DNA of 64,000 nt. It comes from Adineta vaga (Eukaryota > Animalia > Rotifera). Of the stretch, positions 37,176 to 53,633 are shown piece by piece. The notes under the pieces are model-generated. The model was given only the letters and a program-made list of their open reading frames with translations, did no database searches and was not told the DNA's origin. A program made the translations under genes and the position numbers. Position 1 is the stretch's first letter; every line of letters starts with the position of its first letter. Location: contig CP075492.1 of the NCBI GenBank assembly GCA_021613535.1, positions 6,882,001 through 6,946,000 on the forward strand, given 5' to 3'.

Positions 37176-37875
37176 TATCTGCGCTGATACAATTAATTCA
37201 ATTTCAAATTACAGAAAAAGAATCGACAAGGTGAATAATGTTGAGAAAAGACAGCGTCAACATATATAAAGAAAAACTACGAACGTATCGAACCGTATGC
37301 GATTTATGTGGTGTAAAAAAGACATTTTTGTGTTCAAGTTGCACAAATAAAATGTCGAATATGACCTCGATGATCTCTTTAGTACGTCTGACTCACATCA
37401 ATTTCCACATTCTTGTTAAACATAATCATTTCTGTTACTTCGACGTACATACGAATAAAGATCTTTTTTTATAACACACTGATAGTGTACGCCTTCATAT
37501 CTCGATTTAACTTATATTTAATAATAAGAATCATTAAGGTGCAATTATAGGTGTGAAGATGAGATGACTTCATTGAAAGTACATTATATCGTATTCATGT
37601 GTCTAGCATAATATGACCTGTAATCAAACATGTTTTGTTCTTGAAGAGAAAAGTTAAACGTATGTTCATTCTTGATTAACAAACTTTTATTATTTAATTT
37701 ATTTCAAATGATACTAAAAATATTTCTTATCATATTTTCTGATAAATTGGTCCATTTTAAACTACACATGTGATATTTCTCATAGAGTATATCGGAATAT
37801 TTTTGATATAAGATAGTTCGTCTCAATAAGACAACAAGAGAAGATTTTCAGAGACGGTTACGTGTTGTACTCAAT

Positions 37876-38523
37876 ATGACTCTATCAAACATATTTTCGA
37901 GTCTTTTCATTGGTTCAATATTGATTTTAGCAAAAGCTAATGAAGAAATTTTTCATCAACGAGTTGATTGTCCTGACACAAGTTCATGTATGTCTCAATG
38001 GGGCTATTGTGGCACTGGAGAAGCCTATTGTGGAACTGGTTGTCAGAGTGGTCCATGTTATGGAGGATCAGGATCAGGTGGCGGTGATTCGAATACATAT
38101 CACGGAGAAGGAACACATTATGATGGTAAATATTCTATCGTAGAAAATATCTGATTTGGATCCTTACTATTACGTAGTTGCTGTTGGTTATACTGCTTGT
38201 GGTACACTTCATTCTCGTTTTGATATGGTTGCAGCATTGAATGCTCCTCAATTTGATCCTCATACACCAAATGGTAATCCAAATAAAAATACTCTTTGTA
38301 ACAAACGAATACGTGTTCAAGGACCGTCTGGGACTGTTGATGTTGCTGTTGTTGATCGATGTCCCATATGCAAAACTGTATGCGATGAGAGAAATTATTA
38401 TTGTTGTACAAAAACTTACATTTATCTATTTGTTAGGGTGATGTTGATCTCAATGAAGCAGCATTTGCTAAAATAGGCAGTACTTCAGCTGGAAGAATTC
38501 GTATTAGTTGGCATTGGCTTTAG
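37876..38523 (+). CDS. Secreted hevein/CBM18 chitin-binding domain plus Gly/Ser linker plus RlpA-like DPBB (barwin/expansin-like) domain
   Basis: Signal peptide; CMSQWGYCGTGEAYCGTGCQSGPC; GEGTHYD..ACG..VAALN..GNPNKNTLCNKRIRV..VVDRCPIC..GDVDL..AF..GRIRISW. Introns 38126-38177 and 38378-38436. Confidence 0.9.
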
Positions 38524-39257
38524 ATATTTTCCATTAATTTTCCAATCGATTAATGTTTATTTTAAATAAACTTAATCATGTCTTTGCACGATCACCTTAA
38601 ATGAATGAGTAAAATACGTCAGTACACAACAGTAAGACTTCGAATTTTTGTTAACTACAGTTTGCCATTGTTAAATCGATATTGAATACAAATATATTAT
38701 TTAATGCATAGATAGTTGCATATCAAAAGCGCAAAGGATATTTCATTATAATTTGTAATAAAGAAGACACGAGATTCTTCGATAAGGGTATTGTCGAATA
38801 GAATGACATCATGTAGAATGAATCAAACATTGACAAGTCTTATTCATGCTATGTTTGTCTGTTTGCTCATGTATTCGCTCTAGAGAAAGAACACATCCGA
38901 TCAATGATATAATAGAGCAAAACAGAATCGGAAGAAAAAAACCCAATAACAACGTACCACGAGTTTACCAGTTTGCTTTTTTCTTCCTTTGAATGATTCA
39001 TGCACAAGATGTAGAAGAAAGAATATTTATTCGTTACATGTTTTTTTTGCCTAACACTCCCATTTTTTATGTTGTTTTCGTTTCATCTATAACCCCTTTT
39101 TCATCGCTGTCATGTACTTGCTCAAGCAATCAGCAAGAGATATATGTATAAAAACTTCGTTTTTTTTTCTATAACATAGTTAATCTGAATATTGTTCAAA
39201 AGCAGATGAATATATATGTTCTATTGATTTCTTTAGAATACCGTTTTAAAAATCAAT

Positions 39258-42200
39258 ATGTCGACAACTCTCCAACAACAAATGTCAGTAGATACTCCTG
39301 ATATTGATGAAAGTCTCTATTCTCGTCAACTGTAAGTTGTTGTTGTTTTTTTCCCATTGTATTAAAAACAAATTCTTATTAACATTTTCGATGGTAGTTA
39401 TGTGATGGGAAAAGAAGCAATGCATCAATTAGCTCATGCACATGTTCTCATCTCAGGCATGACTGGTCTTGGTGTCGAAATTGCCAAGAATATTATTTTA
39501 GGTGGTGCAAAATCTGTGATTGTTCATGATTGTGAAAAGATTGATTATGCAGATCTTTCTTCACAAGTATGTCTAAGAAAAATATCGTCATGTAGCAATT
39601 GAAATTCCAAAGCATTCTTTTAGTATTACTTCAAAGAATCTGATGTTGGTCAAAATCGTGCTCAGATTGCTTTAGAAAAATTAGCAGAATTGAATAGTTA
39701 TGTCGTAGTAACATGCTCAACGGAGAAAATTGATGAAGCATTTTTAACAAAGAATAGAATTAATGTAAGTTATAACAGAGAATTGAATAGTTAATTTGAA
39801 ATGAATCAATAGGTATTTGTTTTAACAAATTCAAATCTTGATGAACAAATTAAAGTTGGTGATTATTGTCATAAATCTGGAATTAAATTTATTAATGCCA
39901 ATACTAAAGGTTTATTTGGGTAAGAAAAGTCTTTGTCTAGATTTTAGGAATACATGTTCCTGTTTTTTTCTAGACAAATCTTTTGTGATTTCGGTAAAGA
40001 ATTTCAAGTAGTTGATACCAATGGAGAAAATCCTGCAACACATGTTGTCACAGAAATTACTCATGTTTGTATTAGTTAATATCCAATGATATTATTGACT
40101 AGATTTCGTATTGTATAGGATGAATATGGTATCATTTTTCTGGGAACTGAACAACGACATGGTTTTGAAGAGGGCACATATGTTACTTTTCAAGGTGTAA
40201 AAGGAATGGTTGAAGTTAATAATAAAGAATTTCAAATTACTGTTCCAAGTAATGTTCTTTTCGAGATTATTCAGTTGCAAATAGAGATAATATTTTTCAA
40301 GGTCCATATACATTTGGTATTGGAGATACGAGAAATTTCGGGATCTATGAAGTTGGTGGAACAGTCACTGAAGTAAAAAAACCAGAAATAGTTAAATTTG
40401 TAAGTTTGTCAACGATGAATTCTGAAGAAGAGAAGAACATTTTTTTTTATAGAAATCATTTTCTGAATCATTAATTGAACCAGAAATGTTGATAAGTGAT
40501 TTTGCAAAAATGTCTATGCCTTCAAATCTTCATTTGGCATTTCAAGCTCTTTCTCAATTTCGACAACAATACAATGCAACTCCAATTCCATGGGATGAAG
40601 TATATCATAATTAAATTCATTTTTGCATTGTTTACCTTCAAAATTTAGGCTGACGCTGATAAATTCTATCAAATAGTCGAAAAACTTAATATAGAAAATC
40701 GTGAAAAACCATTTACAGATGAATTAAATAAACATTGGATTAAATTATTTTCAAAAACATGTACTGGTGATTTATGTCCTATGCAAGCAGTCATTGGTGG
40801 TATTGCTGCACAAGAAGCAATGAAAGTAAAGATAAATAACTTACATATGAAGAATACTTCACGAAGTTTTCTTTTTTCCACAGGCTGTCACAGGAAAATT
40901 CATGCCAATTCGACAATTTTTATATTTTGATGCAATTGAATGTTTACCAGAGAATGTTTATCAGGCATCTGATGAAGTTTTTGAACCAAAACTACCTCAG
41001 ACAAAAAATTCACGTTATTACTCTCAAGAGATTGTATTTGGTCAAGATTTTCAACAGAAAATTTGTCAATCAAAATATTTTGTGGTAAGATTCTTAATGG
41101 AAAATTAGAAAATATCTAGCATTTACTTTTAGGTCGGTTCAGGAGCAATTGGATGTGAAATGTTAAAAAATTTTGCAATGATGGGTATGGGATGTTCTCC
41201 AGAAGGTGCTATCTATGTCACTGATATGGATTCAATTGAAAAATCTAATCTTAATCGACAATTTCTTTTTCGTGCATGGAATATTGGTGTAAGTCTTTTT
41301 CTTTGATGAACAATTATTCTGATTTTTGTTTTTCTTAGCAAATGAAATCAAAAGTAGCTGCTGAAGCAGTCAAACAAATGAATCCATCAATGAATATTAC
41401 CGCATTTGTCGAAGGTGTTCTACCAGAAACTGAACATATTTATGATGATACATTCTTCGAAGGACTTACCGGTGTCGTCAATGCTCTTGATAATATCAAA
41501 GCTCGTATGTTTCTATTGAAATGAAATATTGTACCGAATATTTTGTCTTAGGTGAATATATCGATCAACGTTGTGTTTATTACAAAAAGCCATTAGTTGA
41601 TAGTGGTACATTAGGTACAAAAGCAAGTGTACAAGTTGTTGTGCCACTAATCACAGAATCTTATTCATCTACACGTGATCCACCTGATCCATCAATTCCT
41701 ATGTGTTTATTACATAATTTTCCAAATCTCATTGAACATACTATTCAATGGGCACGAGATAATTTTGCTGGTTTATTTACCAATCCAGCACAACAAACAG
41801 AAGAATTCTTGAAAAATCCGAAAGAATTTTCTGAACGTACAGCAAAGAGTCTTTCGGACTATGATCGAAATGAAATTATTGATAATGTTAAACGTACACT
41901 TGGTGAAGAACGACCTAAAAACTTTGATGATTGTATTAAATGGGTAAGAATCTTTGATTTCTTCTCGTAATAAAAGTTGAATATATATATATTTCTTTTC
42001 GTAGTCGCGAAATCTTTTTCAAGAGCAATTTCATAATACCATTGCTCAATTACTCTACAATTTCCCTAGCGATCAAATCACTGCCAATGGTGACCGTTTC
42101 TGGAGTGGAAATAAACGATGTCCACATGTTTTACAATTTGATGTTAATAATCCAACTCATTTAGATTTCATTGTTGCAGCATCAAATCTTCTCGCTCACA

Positions 42201-43233
42201 TTCATCACATTCCACAAACACGAGATCGTGAATATATTGCTCGAGAAGTGTCTCAAATTCGTAACTGTATTTCAACCAAAATCTGGCATTACTATACATG
42301 ATGATGATGAACAAATAAAAGCTGATATGGAACGAAATCAACGACGAAATTCCATTACACATACTTCTAATGCCACAGATATACTCAATCGTTTACCAAA
42401 CTTTGATGCTGTTCGAGATATCAAAGTTCGAGCACATGAATTTGAAAAAGATGATGATTCAAATTTTCATATGGATTATATAACTGCAACAGCTAATTTA
42501 CGAGCAGAAAACTATGAAATTCAATCTGCTGATCGTAGTAAAGTCAAACGTATTGCAGGAAATATTATTCCAGCTATTGCAACAACTACAGCAATGGTTA
42601 CGGGTCTTGTTTGTCTTGAAGTTTATAAATTTTTACAAAATCATCGAAAGATTGAATCATTTAAAAATGCTTTCGTCAATTTGGCTTTGCCATTCTTCGG
42701 TTTTACTGAACCCGTACCACCTATAGAGAAAAAAGTATGACGAAAAATAAGTATTATTCTATCAGTGTTTCAATTCTTTTCAATTTTAGTATCTTAATAC
42801 ATCCTTCACTTTATGGGATCGATTCGATGTTCAAGGTGACATTACATTAGAAGAATTTATCGAATATTTTAAGGTATAAAAGTATAGAAAACATTTTTAG
42901 TCGTTCCGTTGACATCGAACTTGTATTTTAGACCACATATAAACTAGTACCAACTATGCTTTCATCTGGATTAAGTCTTATCTATGCTCCAACTTTGATG
43001 CGACAACCTGGAAAAGCAGACGATATGAAACGAAAGTAAGATTTTTCTCAAATATCATCTTGAATTTTGTAAAAATCTTGAATTTTTCTTTAAGAATTTC
43101 TGAAATCTATGAAACGGTAACAAAACGCAAAATACCACCTCATGTTCGTTCATTGGTATTCGATTTTTCATGTGAAGATTTCGAAGGAAATTATATAGAA
43201 GATGTTCCTTACATCAAATACAAGCTACAATAA
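39258..43233 (+). CDS. UBA1: Ubiquitin-activating enzyme E1 (UBA1-like) with an apparent frameshift at about 42260
   Basis: [42 protein letters not shown], catalytic region [38 protein letters not shown]. Many short introns. Confidence 0.9.
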
Positions 43234-43564
43234 ACATCAACTAGAAAACAAATGTGACCTTATTGTGTGATTTTTTCTTTTTCAAAACTTTTTAATTATT
43301 CCAGAAACACTAGATCAAATAAATCGAACTATTCAAAGTACCATTTATCTGCTTACTTATGATTCGTAAACCGATATCTAAATAGCTTATTCTTTTTTCC
43401 GTAGACAACGAGATAAAATACGGATAAAAAGCAACTCATAACTTTCTTCTTGTATGATAAGATGTGCAATGCTATAACCATGACATTTATCTTATCGTTG
43501 AAAAAGATTCATCAATCATATTGAAAATAATAATTATTATAACACTGAATTGAGTTTTTGTAAG

Positions 43565-44627
43565 ATGTCTTCATCAATAAAATCATCGTTGACACTTCCA
43601 TTGGAATCTAAAATATCAGATGTTTATCCCTTAATTGTTTTACTTCGTCCTGATTGGTCTCTAATCAATATTCATCTATGTCGACTAACAGGTGGTATTA
43701 GTAATGTTGCCTTCGTTGTATCCAACGATTTTGATCAATCAGATACATTTGTTATTAAAATTTATGGATTAAAAACAGAAGAATTTATCGATCATAATGC
43801 TGGATAATCACTTTATCAATTCTTTCAAATTATGGATTTGCTCAACCAATTCTACTTCAATTTACGAATGGGATTATCTACAAATTTATTCCTGGTACCG
43901 TTTGCACAGAGAATACTATGAGAGATATTCATATTGCTCCATTGATCGCACAACATCTGGCGAAATTTCATTCTATTCCACTTCAAGATCACAATCAAAA
44001 ACCTTCTCTCATTCCATTAACTCGAAAATTCGTTGAATTGATTATGAATAGTCCACATCACCCAGAAGGTAACTCAGATCAACGCATATATATATATATA
44101 TATGATAAATCATTTCTTCGCTTTTAGATTTCATTTCTCTATGTTCCGACATCGATTGGATTGAAAATGAAATTTTACCTAATATGATTCCAAATCCACA
44201 ATATGGTAGTGATTTAGTGCTATGTCATAATGATCTTGTCTGTACAAATATTTTGTATAATTCATCATCTCAAGCAATTTCATTCATTGATTTTGAATAT
44301 TGTGCTGTAAATTATGCTCTCTTTGATATAGCGAATCATTTTGTTGAATATGCAGGTGTTCATCAAATTCATTTTGAACGATATCCAACTAGAGATGAAC
44401 AAATTCGTTGGTTAAATATTTATTTTGAAGCACGAAATTTAAAATTCGATAATCCAGAAAAAACATGTCAAACAATTGATCAATTTTCTGTTTTGACACA
44501 TCTTTACATTGGTCTTTGGGCATTTACACAGCTTGCCTTTGCTAAAGTCGATTCGGATTATGAATCTTACGGTCGACGTCGACTTAATCGATACAAAGAA
44601 TTGAAATTCATTCTATTCAATCGATAA
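43565..44627 (+). CDS. ETNK: Ethanolamine/choline kinase with an apparent 1-nt deletion at about 43802 (possible pseudogene or assembly error)
   Basis: LTGGISN, VIKIYG..TE.FID, LCHNDL...NIL (Brenner motif), FIDFEY, FDIANHF.EYAG. Intron 44069-44127. Confidence 0.85.
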
Positions 44628-44879
44628 ACAATCACCCTTTTCATTTCTTCCTATGTACTTCTGTACAAATACTTATGAATAAAAAAATTTCAAATAGAAT
44701 ATTAATAATAGATGGCACTAGTTTGCAACTCCATCTCTTCCTTATGAATTCGATTTGTGAACAAAGAATCTGTATTGATCAATGAGAAATGTCGTTACTA
44801 TACACACACAGTTCTATTCTATTGTTTCTGTAATTGTAATTGTGATTTCATTTACTTTTAATTAGTAGATACTTTATTG

Positions 44880-45532
44880 ATGGCATTCAAATTTGCTTTG
44901 GTTGGATCGACAATGGCAGTTGTCGGTTATACAACATATAAATATATGATAAAACCAAATCCAAGTATATTTTAATGATGAATTTTTCAATCGAACTGAA
45001 TTTGAATTCTAGGTATTTTCACCGAGAAAACTTTCTACGAAGAAGCACTTACATTAACACGAGGATATAAACCAATTGCTGAAAAATTAACCGAACCTCT
45101 TCAACCATTAAAAATAAATACATCAAATGAATTTAATAATTTGACACTTCTCGGAGCACAAGTCAGTTTAATCAATGCCTTACTATCTTCACTATACAAT
45201 CATGGTTTGTTTTCTTCCAGGTTGAAATACCAATTCGAGGTTCTAAAAGAGCGGGCTCAGTTTATTGTTATGCCACACGTGATTCATTAGATGATGAGTA
45301 AGAATCAAACTGTAATCCTTATTCTTCTACAATGGACTTTGATTTTAGATGGCATGTCGACAAATTAGAATTTAAAGCCAACAATCAACCAAATCGTTTT
45401 CTTTTCTATGATCGGACATTACGACGTGTTCCCACGCCAACTGAACAAGCATTGATTGATTATAAAAGAGAACTTGAAGAAAAACGAGCAAAAGATTCAG
45501 TAGTACTTCCTCCAACACCAGTACCTGTGTGA
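44880..45532 (+). CDS. COA1-like mitochondrial complex IV assembly factor
   Basis: Four exons: N-terminal TM, then FYEEAL..., AQVEIPIRGSKRAGSVYCYA..., WHVDKLEF. The start codon is uncertain. Confidence 0.65.
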
Positions 45533-45631
45533 AAAACGTTGATGTGTTCATTGTTATTTTCTTTTACGAAATAAATTTGTATGAGAAACATAAAATCTTC
45601 ATACAAATTTCTTTTCTAGATCTAATAGAGC

Positions 45632-47076
<1,445 letters not shown>

Positions 47077-47368
47077 AGAAGAAAAAGATTTCGAAGTCAT
47101 ACGTTGTATATACGATGGATGTTCACAGAGAAAAACAAGAGCTGAAAAAAAATATATTTTTTTGTTTTGTGCATTTATGTATATAGATATAAAGTAGATT
47201 GTATAACACAAATATCGATGAGAATAAAAGTTAATCAGCAATATTAGATTAAAAATGTATGATCTTCTTCATTTATCATTCAATTTCAAGAATTCAAATT
47301 TAAGAATGATTACAATTCAATTAGAATAACTATTTTTATTTCAACTAATAAAAAACTAATAACGAATT

Positions 47369-49129
47369 TTATGGCCGAACTAATATACGGCTTGACATTG
47401 AATCGTAGTCTGCCACTTCGCAGACACTGATTTTGCCTTCTCGATATCGTTGTCGAGATCGATGAATGTACATGAATATGGCATCACATATAATGCCTGC
47501 AATTACCATGAAACCAATACCTGAACCTGAATTACCGAAAGAGAAAGAGACAGAGAAAATTGCATACAAATTTCAATGAATATTTGTTTTACCGATAGCA
47601 ACAAATAAGTTAACAATATTGAATTGTCCACCTTTGCCTGTAATAGTCACAACAAAACGTAAACCGTAGATTTTAGTCAATGTTCGATAATCTTTTCCAT
47701 CCTGATAGTATTTTTGAGCAAATCGATAATTAATTCCTGGTGATTGTTTTACATCTCCACTTTGTAAAAGAGAGAATTCATATTTTGGATTACATGTGTT
47801 TGGATGAAGATCAAAATTACATGTCCAATCTTGACGAATTTCAATCAAACCACCCTGGGTGAAAGAATATACATATGTTTATTCTACCATATTTCTTTCG
47901 AAAGACTGTTTACTTCGAGTAGAAGTGCTGTTTTATTCGTATCAAATTGATCGAGAATATAACCAAGTAGAAATATTGGACAATCGGCATTTGCTGCACT
48001 GCCATTGTATCGACATTTAAAATCAATATCGCTTTGAATATTTCGTCTAAATAAAATAAAAAACGTTTCATTCTTTGAAAAAAAGCAAAATTAAATAATA
48101 AACAAACAAATTCTTTTTGAATAATGTAAATGAAATCATTGTTTTAAGAAAAACCGTGAATTCTCGAAGATCATTTTCATTAATAACATAATCTCTAGAA
48201 GAATAAAAACAATTATTTTTTTATTTCGAAGAGAAACATAACTCACATTGAGTCGGATGATTCTTCCGGACACCATCCTTCCATTTGACAAACAGTTGTA
48301 TTTACATCTTCTCGACTTGGTACACATTCGCCAGTAAAAAAACCTATAGAGTAAAAATCATGTCGAGAAATTTTCCTTAAGATCACAATATCTTACCGAA
48401 AGTATCTGGTGTTGGTTTATCAGTTTTACATAATGTTTTGGTCTCATTTGTGCAAAATAATTTTTCATCTAAAGCCTAGTTTTGAAACAAAGAAATAATC
48501 GATTGAACAAATAGAAAAAGAAGAAAAGTTTTTAAATATTACTGTTGGACAAAGTCCTTGTGTTTGATTTCGACTGACAGTTTGATGGGTCGCAACAAAA
48601 AAGGCATTATTTTCCTAGCATAGATCGATGAATGATTGAATGAAATAATTGAACTTTCACAACATACCATTGGTGGAATTTCATATTCAGGTGTATCCCA
48701 TATGTACTTCGTGGCATCATCTTAACAAATTCTATCAATCGAAAATCTGCTCAAGAAAAGAAAAGACAATGTATTACCATTTCCGGCAACTCTAGCAATT
48801 CCCTTCACTTTAATTATACTTGTTCCATGAGGTTCTTGAAATTGTTGATATCCTTTTTTCCATACAACAATATAACTATGAAAGATGTAAACATGAATTT
48901 TTTAAATTTTCATTGAAAATCTCTCACCCGACAATATACACAAAGATTATTAATTGAAGAAGACGATGGACTATTCCAATATATGTATTAGGTACTTTAA
49001 CTATTTTAACTGTAGAATAAGTGAAAAATACGCTGTGAAACAACGAAGAACAAGTTTCTTTTACTAGAACAATAGAAGTCTTTTTTTCAACTATGTAATA
49101 ACAAATGGTCTCCTACCTGATATAGCCAT
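47369..49129 (-). CDS. P2X: P2X purinoceptor
   Basis: FTYSTVK, KKGYQ, IIKVKG, WDT.EY, TGEC, GWCP.E, CPIF.LG, GINYRFA, RTLTKIYGLRF, GSGIG...CD. About 11 exons. Confidence 0.93.
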
Positions 49130-49700
49130 TGTTGGAGAACTCGAGAAATGTAGATAAAAATGATAGAATAACAAACTCAACAACACTTTTTGTAGCGTCC
49201 CATAATCTTATCAGTAAGAAACAAAAAAGAAAGTCCAATAAGTTGCTCTTTGTACAACAGTGATTCATGTTTGAGATTAGATTTTAGAATAGATACAACA
49301 TTCTCTTTGAATTTTATTATTTAAACACGTATTAATCTGTCAACAAGAATTAATTATAAATAGAATAGATTTCAACAATCATAACTTCCAGAATGAAGTG
49401 CATGTATGTCATCGTTCAAGTCATAATGACATTATTCACAGTTCATGAATAGCCTCAAGGTCTAGATTTCATTAAATATGATGTCAAGTATTGTTCACAA
49501 AATTTGAAAATAAACCATGAGCAAGATATTCTAAAGATGAACTATTTTAGTCACCGTACATTGTTATTTTGTTTTTTTGAATATAAAGAAGTTATTTCGT
49601 AAGTATTGGAGAGACAAAATAAAAAGAAAGACATTGCAAAATTGACACAGACACGCACATTGACAAAAGAAGAAGAAGAAAAAAAAGAAGAAAAAAGAGT

Positions 49701-51040
<1,340 letters not shown>

Positions 51041-52803
51041 TGGTGCATGCGTAAGGAGAACTAAAATAACACGTGTAACAAGGTTTATTTTAGTCGATGA
51101 TAATAATGAGTGAAAAAGTCCAAAAAATGATGTCTCTATTCTTATCTTTCTTCGTTTTTTTCTCTCTCTATATGTGGAAAAAAAGAATACAAATTTTTTT
51201 TCTTATAGTTTTTCGAATAGAATAAAAATAACTTGTAATTTTCATTTTTTCTCTGATTTCTTCAGATCACGATGAGATTTCTTTCTCGACATCACATCAG
51301 TCATGAGTTCTACTTAATTGAATTCCGTACGTAAAGAACATAAAAAATCGATCAGATATGCATAACTTTTTCTTTTCATTCTCACTCGTACTAAATCGTA
51401 TTATCATAACACTTAATTAATGACCTTCTGACATTGGAATTAGAAACTAAAGGTAACATGAAAAGAAACAAGAAAATATCATGCTTAATTCTCCAAAGAT
51501 ACAATGCTATTAGACTATCTCATCAATCATTCTCGTTTTCTTTCTGTTTTTGTCATACATTTATTTAAAGATCATTTCATTTTTCTATTACTGACAAGAT
51601 AAGAAATGAACATCATCGTCACGACATATTCAAATATAAATGTAGCAAGAAAATAAAAAGTCGAATATGATGGATGTCATCGTCATCGACGTTATTGTTA
51701 CAAAAAAAAATGGAGAAAAAGAAAAATCTGTCTATTCAAATCTTCATTCGAATAATTAATTAAAAACAAAAAATAAAAAATAAATATGCACTTTCGTGAA
51801 TGATAATTTCAAAAATTAATCTATTTCATTATTGCCTCTTGAGATGATATAATAGAAGAATCTAATGAAGAGGATGGGAAGCAGAAACTTTGCATGACTA
51901 TCATCTTTGACATGCATCACATTGAGAAACAATGCTGTATGCCTTTCTCATCAAAGACTTACTACGCTTATTCTAATATGATCAGTAAGAGTAAAAAGCA
52001 TAGTTCGTGTTTTTCCTACATCATCATTTTTCTCTCAAATTACACGCTAAAGTAATCGTACTATTACTACTACAACAACAACAACAACAAGAACAAGACG
52101 TCATTCAATTTCTTAAAGAAAAGGATTAATACACGCATTTACTTTTTCTTCTAATTCTATTGAACCAGTAACATCAAGACAAAATGTGAGTTTGTCTAAA
52201 ACAGATCTTCTTCGTCTATCACATCTAAACGATTACTTATCGATGAAAAAAAAGACGATAGAAAACGAGACATCGAACTACAATTAATATAAGAATAAGT
52301 ATTACTTTTCTTTCTCTCTCTTCGACAATAAAAAGAAAAGAAAGATAATGAATGAAAATTACATAGGTTAATAAAGAGCGAGAACAACAGACAAGGTAGA
52401 GAAAGAAAAAAAGATATTACCTCAGTAATAATGTATCAATTCTTCTTGTATGTTAAACAATAGATTATATGAGAAACAAAAAAGAAAGAAAAGATGATAT
52501 TTTTTTCTCTTTCTTTTTTCTTCTTCAATGGCTTTCTTTTAATTAACTCGCGTCCATCAAAATTAATTCAATGGCTTCTTCAAATTCTATTGTTGTATAC
52601 ACTCTTTAATATAAACAAAAGCACAAGAAGAAGTAGAAGAAGGAACAAAAGTCTTTCTGACCTGAATGTATTCTTCAAACGTTCGGCTTTTTTTCTCTTT
52701 CATATGCTAATATGTAATTTTCACAATCGCAAACCAACATGCCTTGTCATGTGATTTTAGTTTTACTAATAATACACACGCAACAACAGCAATACCAAAG
52801 AAA

Positions 52804-53633
52804 TCAATGATACTTGACACATACTGAGTGGTTAACTTCCTGTTCAACATCGAAGGCTTTTTTTTTCATTTTTTTTTCTGTAATATAAATATAGACAGAT
52901 AGAAATTCGATCACTTACGATGAGTACGAGTCGTAGGGTATAAGTGTCTATAATATGAATCTGGTTGCCGATGAATGGTAATATAAGTACGAAAACGGGA
53001 ATTATTCGACATCGAATTAAAGAATGTAAACGAAAGTTATGTTATCAATGTAGATATATTTTTCCCTTTTCTTTATTCTACTTTGCAAGTCAGAAATGGA
53101 ATTTATGTTTATTATGAATATTTTCTTGTCTATTATGTTGTCAAACTTTACAAGTGGGAGACATTACGATCACAAGCATGTGATGATATACGAAGAAATG
53201 CATGCATATCAAATGACATGCATCTTCACAATTGAAACATCACATAAAAAAGGACCGATATGCACATCAAGACATAGAAAAAACTAAAAGATTCTTTCAT
53301 TTTTTTCTCCAAAATAACATGTCTTTGTCAAGAGAGAAGAAATAATTTATCGAGTACTTTACCTTTAAACGGCGAATCTCTTAAATCATTGATGATAACA
53401 TGAAGTGGTGGTACACCTTCCGGATGTTGTGGATGTTCAGATTTAATTGTATGTCCAAGATGAAGTTTCATTCGTTGTAAAATAGATTCTTGTTGTATTT
53501 CACCATTCGTAACAGGATTCTCTTGAGAATAATGATAATCAGTTGGATCACTAACATGTTGTTTGACATCTTTATGTTTATTTGATAATTTAGAAACAAT
53601 TTTATCGATTTTTTTAGCTAAACTATGACTCAT
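52804..53633 (-). CDS. Small hypothetical protein (MSHSLAKKIDKIVSK...)
   Basis: Protein-like ORF 53633-53362 ending at a GTAAAG donor. Plausible in-phase small exons at about 52918-52946 and 52804-52839. No family recognised. Confidence 0.45.

Larger units (their letters stand above)
36815..37450. repeat. Diverged tandem duplication (about 325-bp unit) of the nuclear receptor promoter and first codons
   Basis: About 36815-37125 aligns with about 37140-37450. The block gcacaaataaaatgtcgaatatgacctcgatgatctcttt is identical in both copies. Confidence 0.92.

Noticed and set aside
37238-37474. 78-aa ORF with CxxC pairs
   Set aside because: It lies in the duplicated promoter. The other copy does not preserve the Cys codons or frame.
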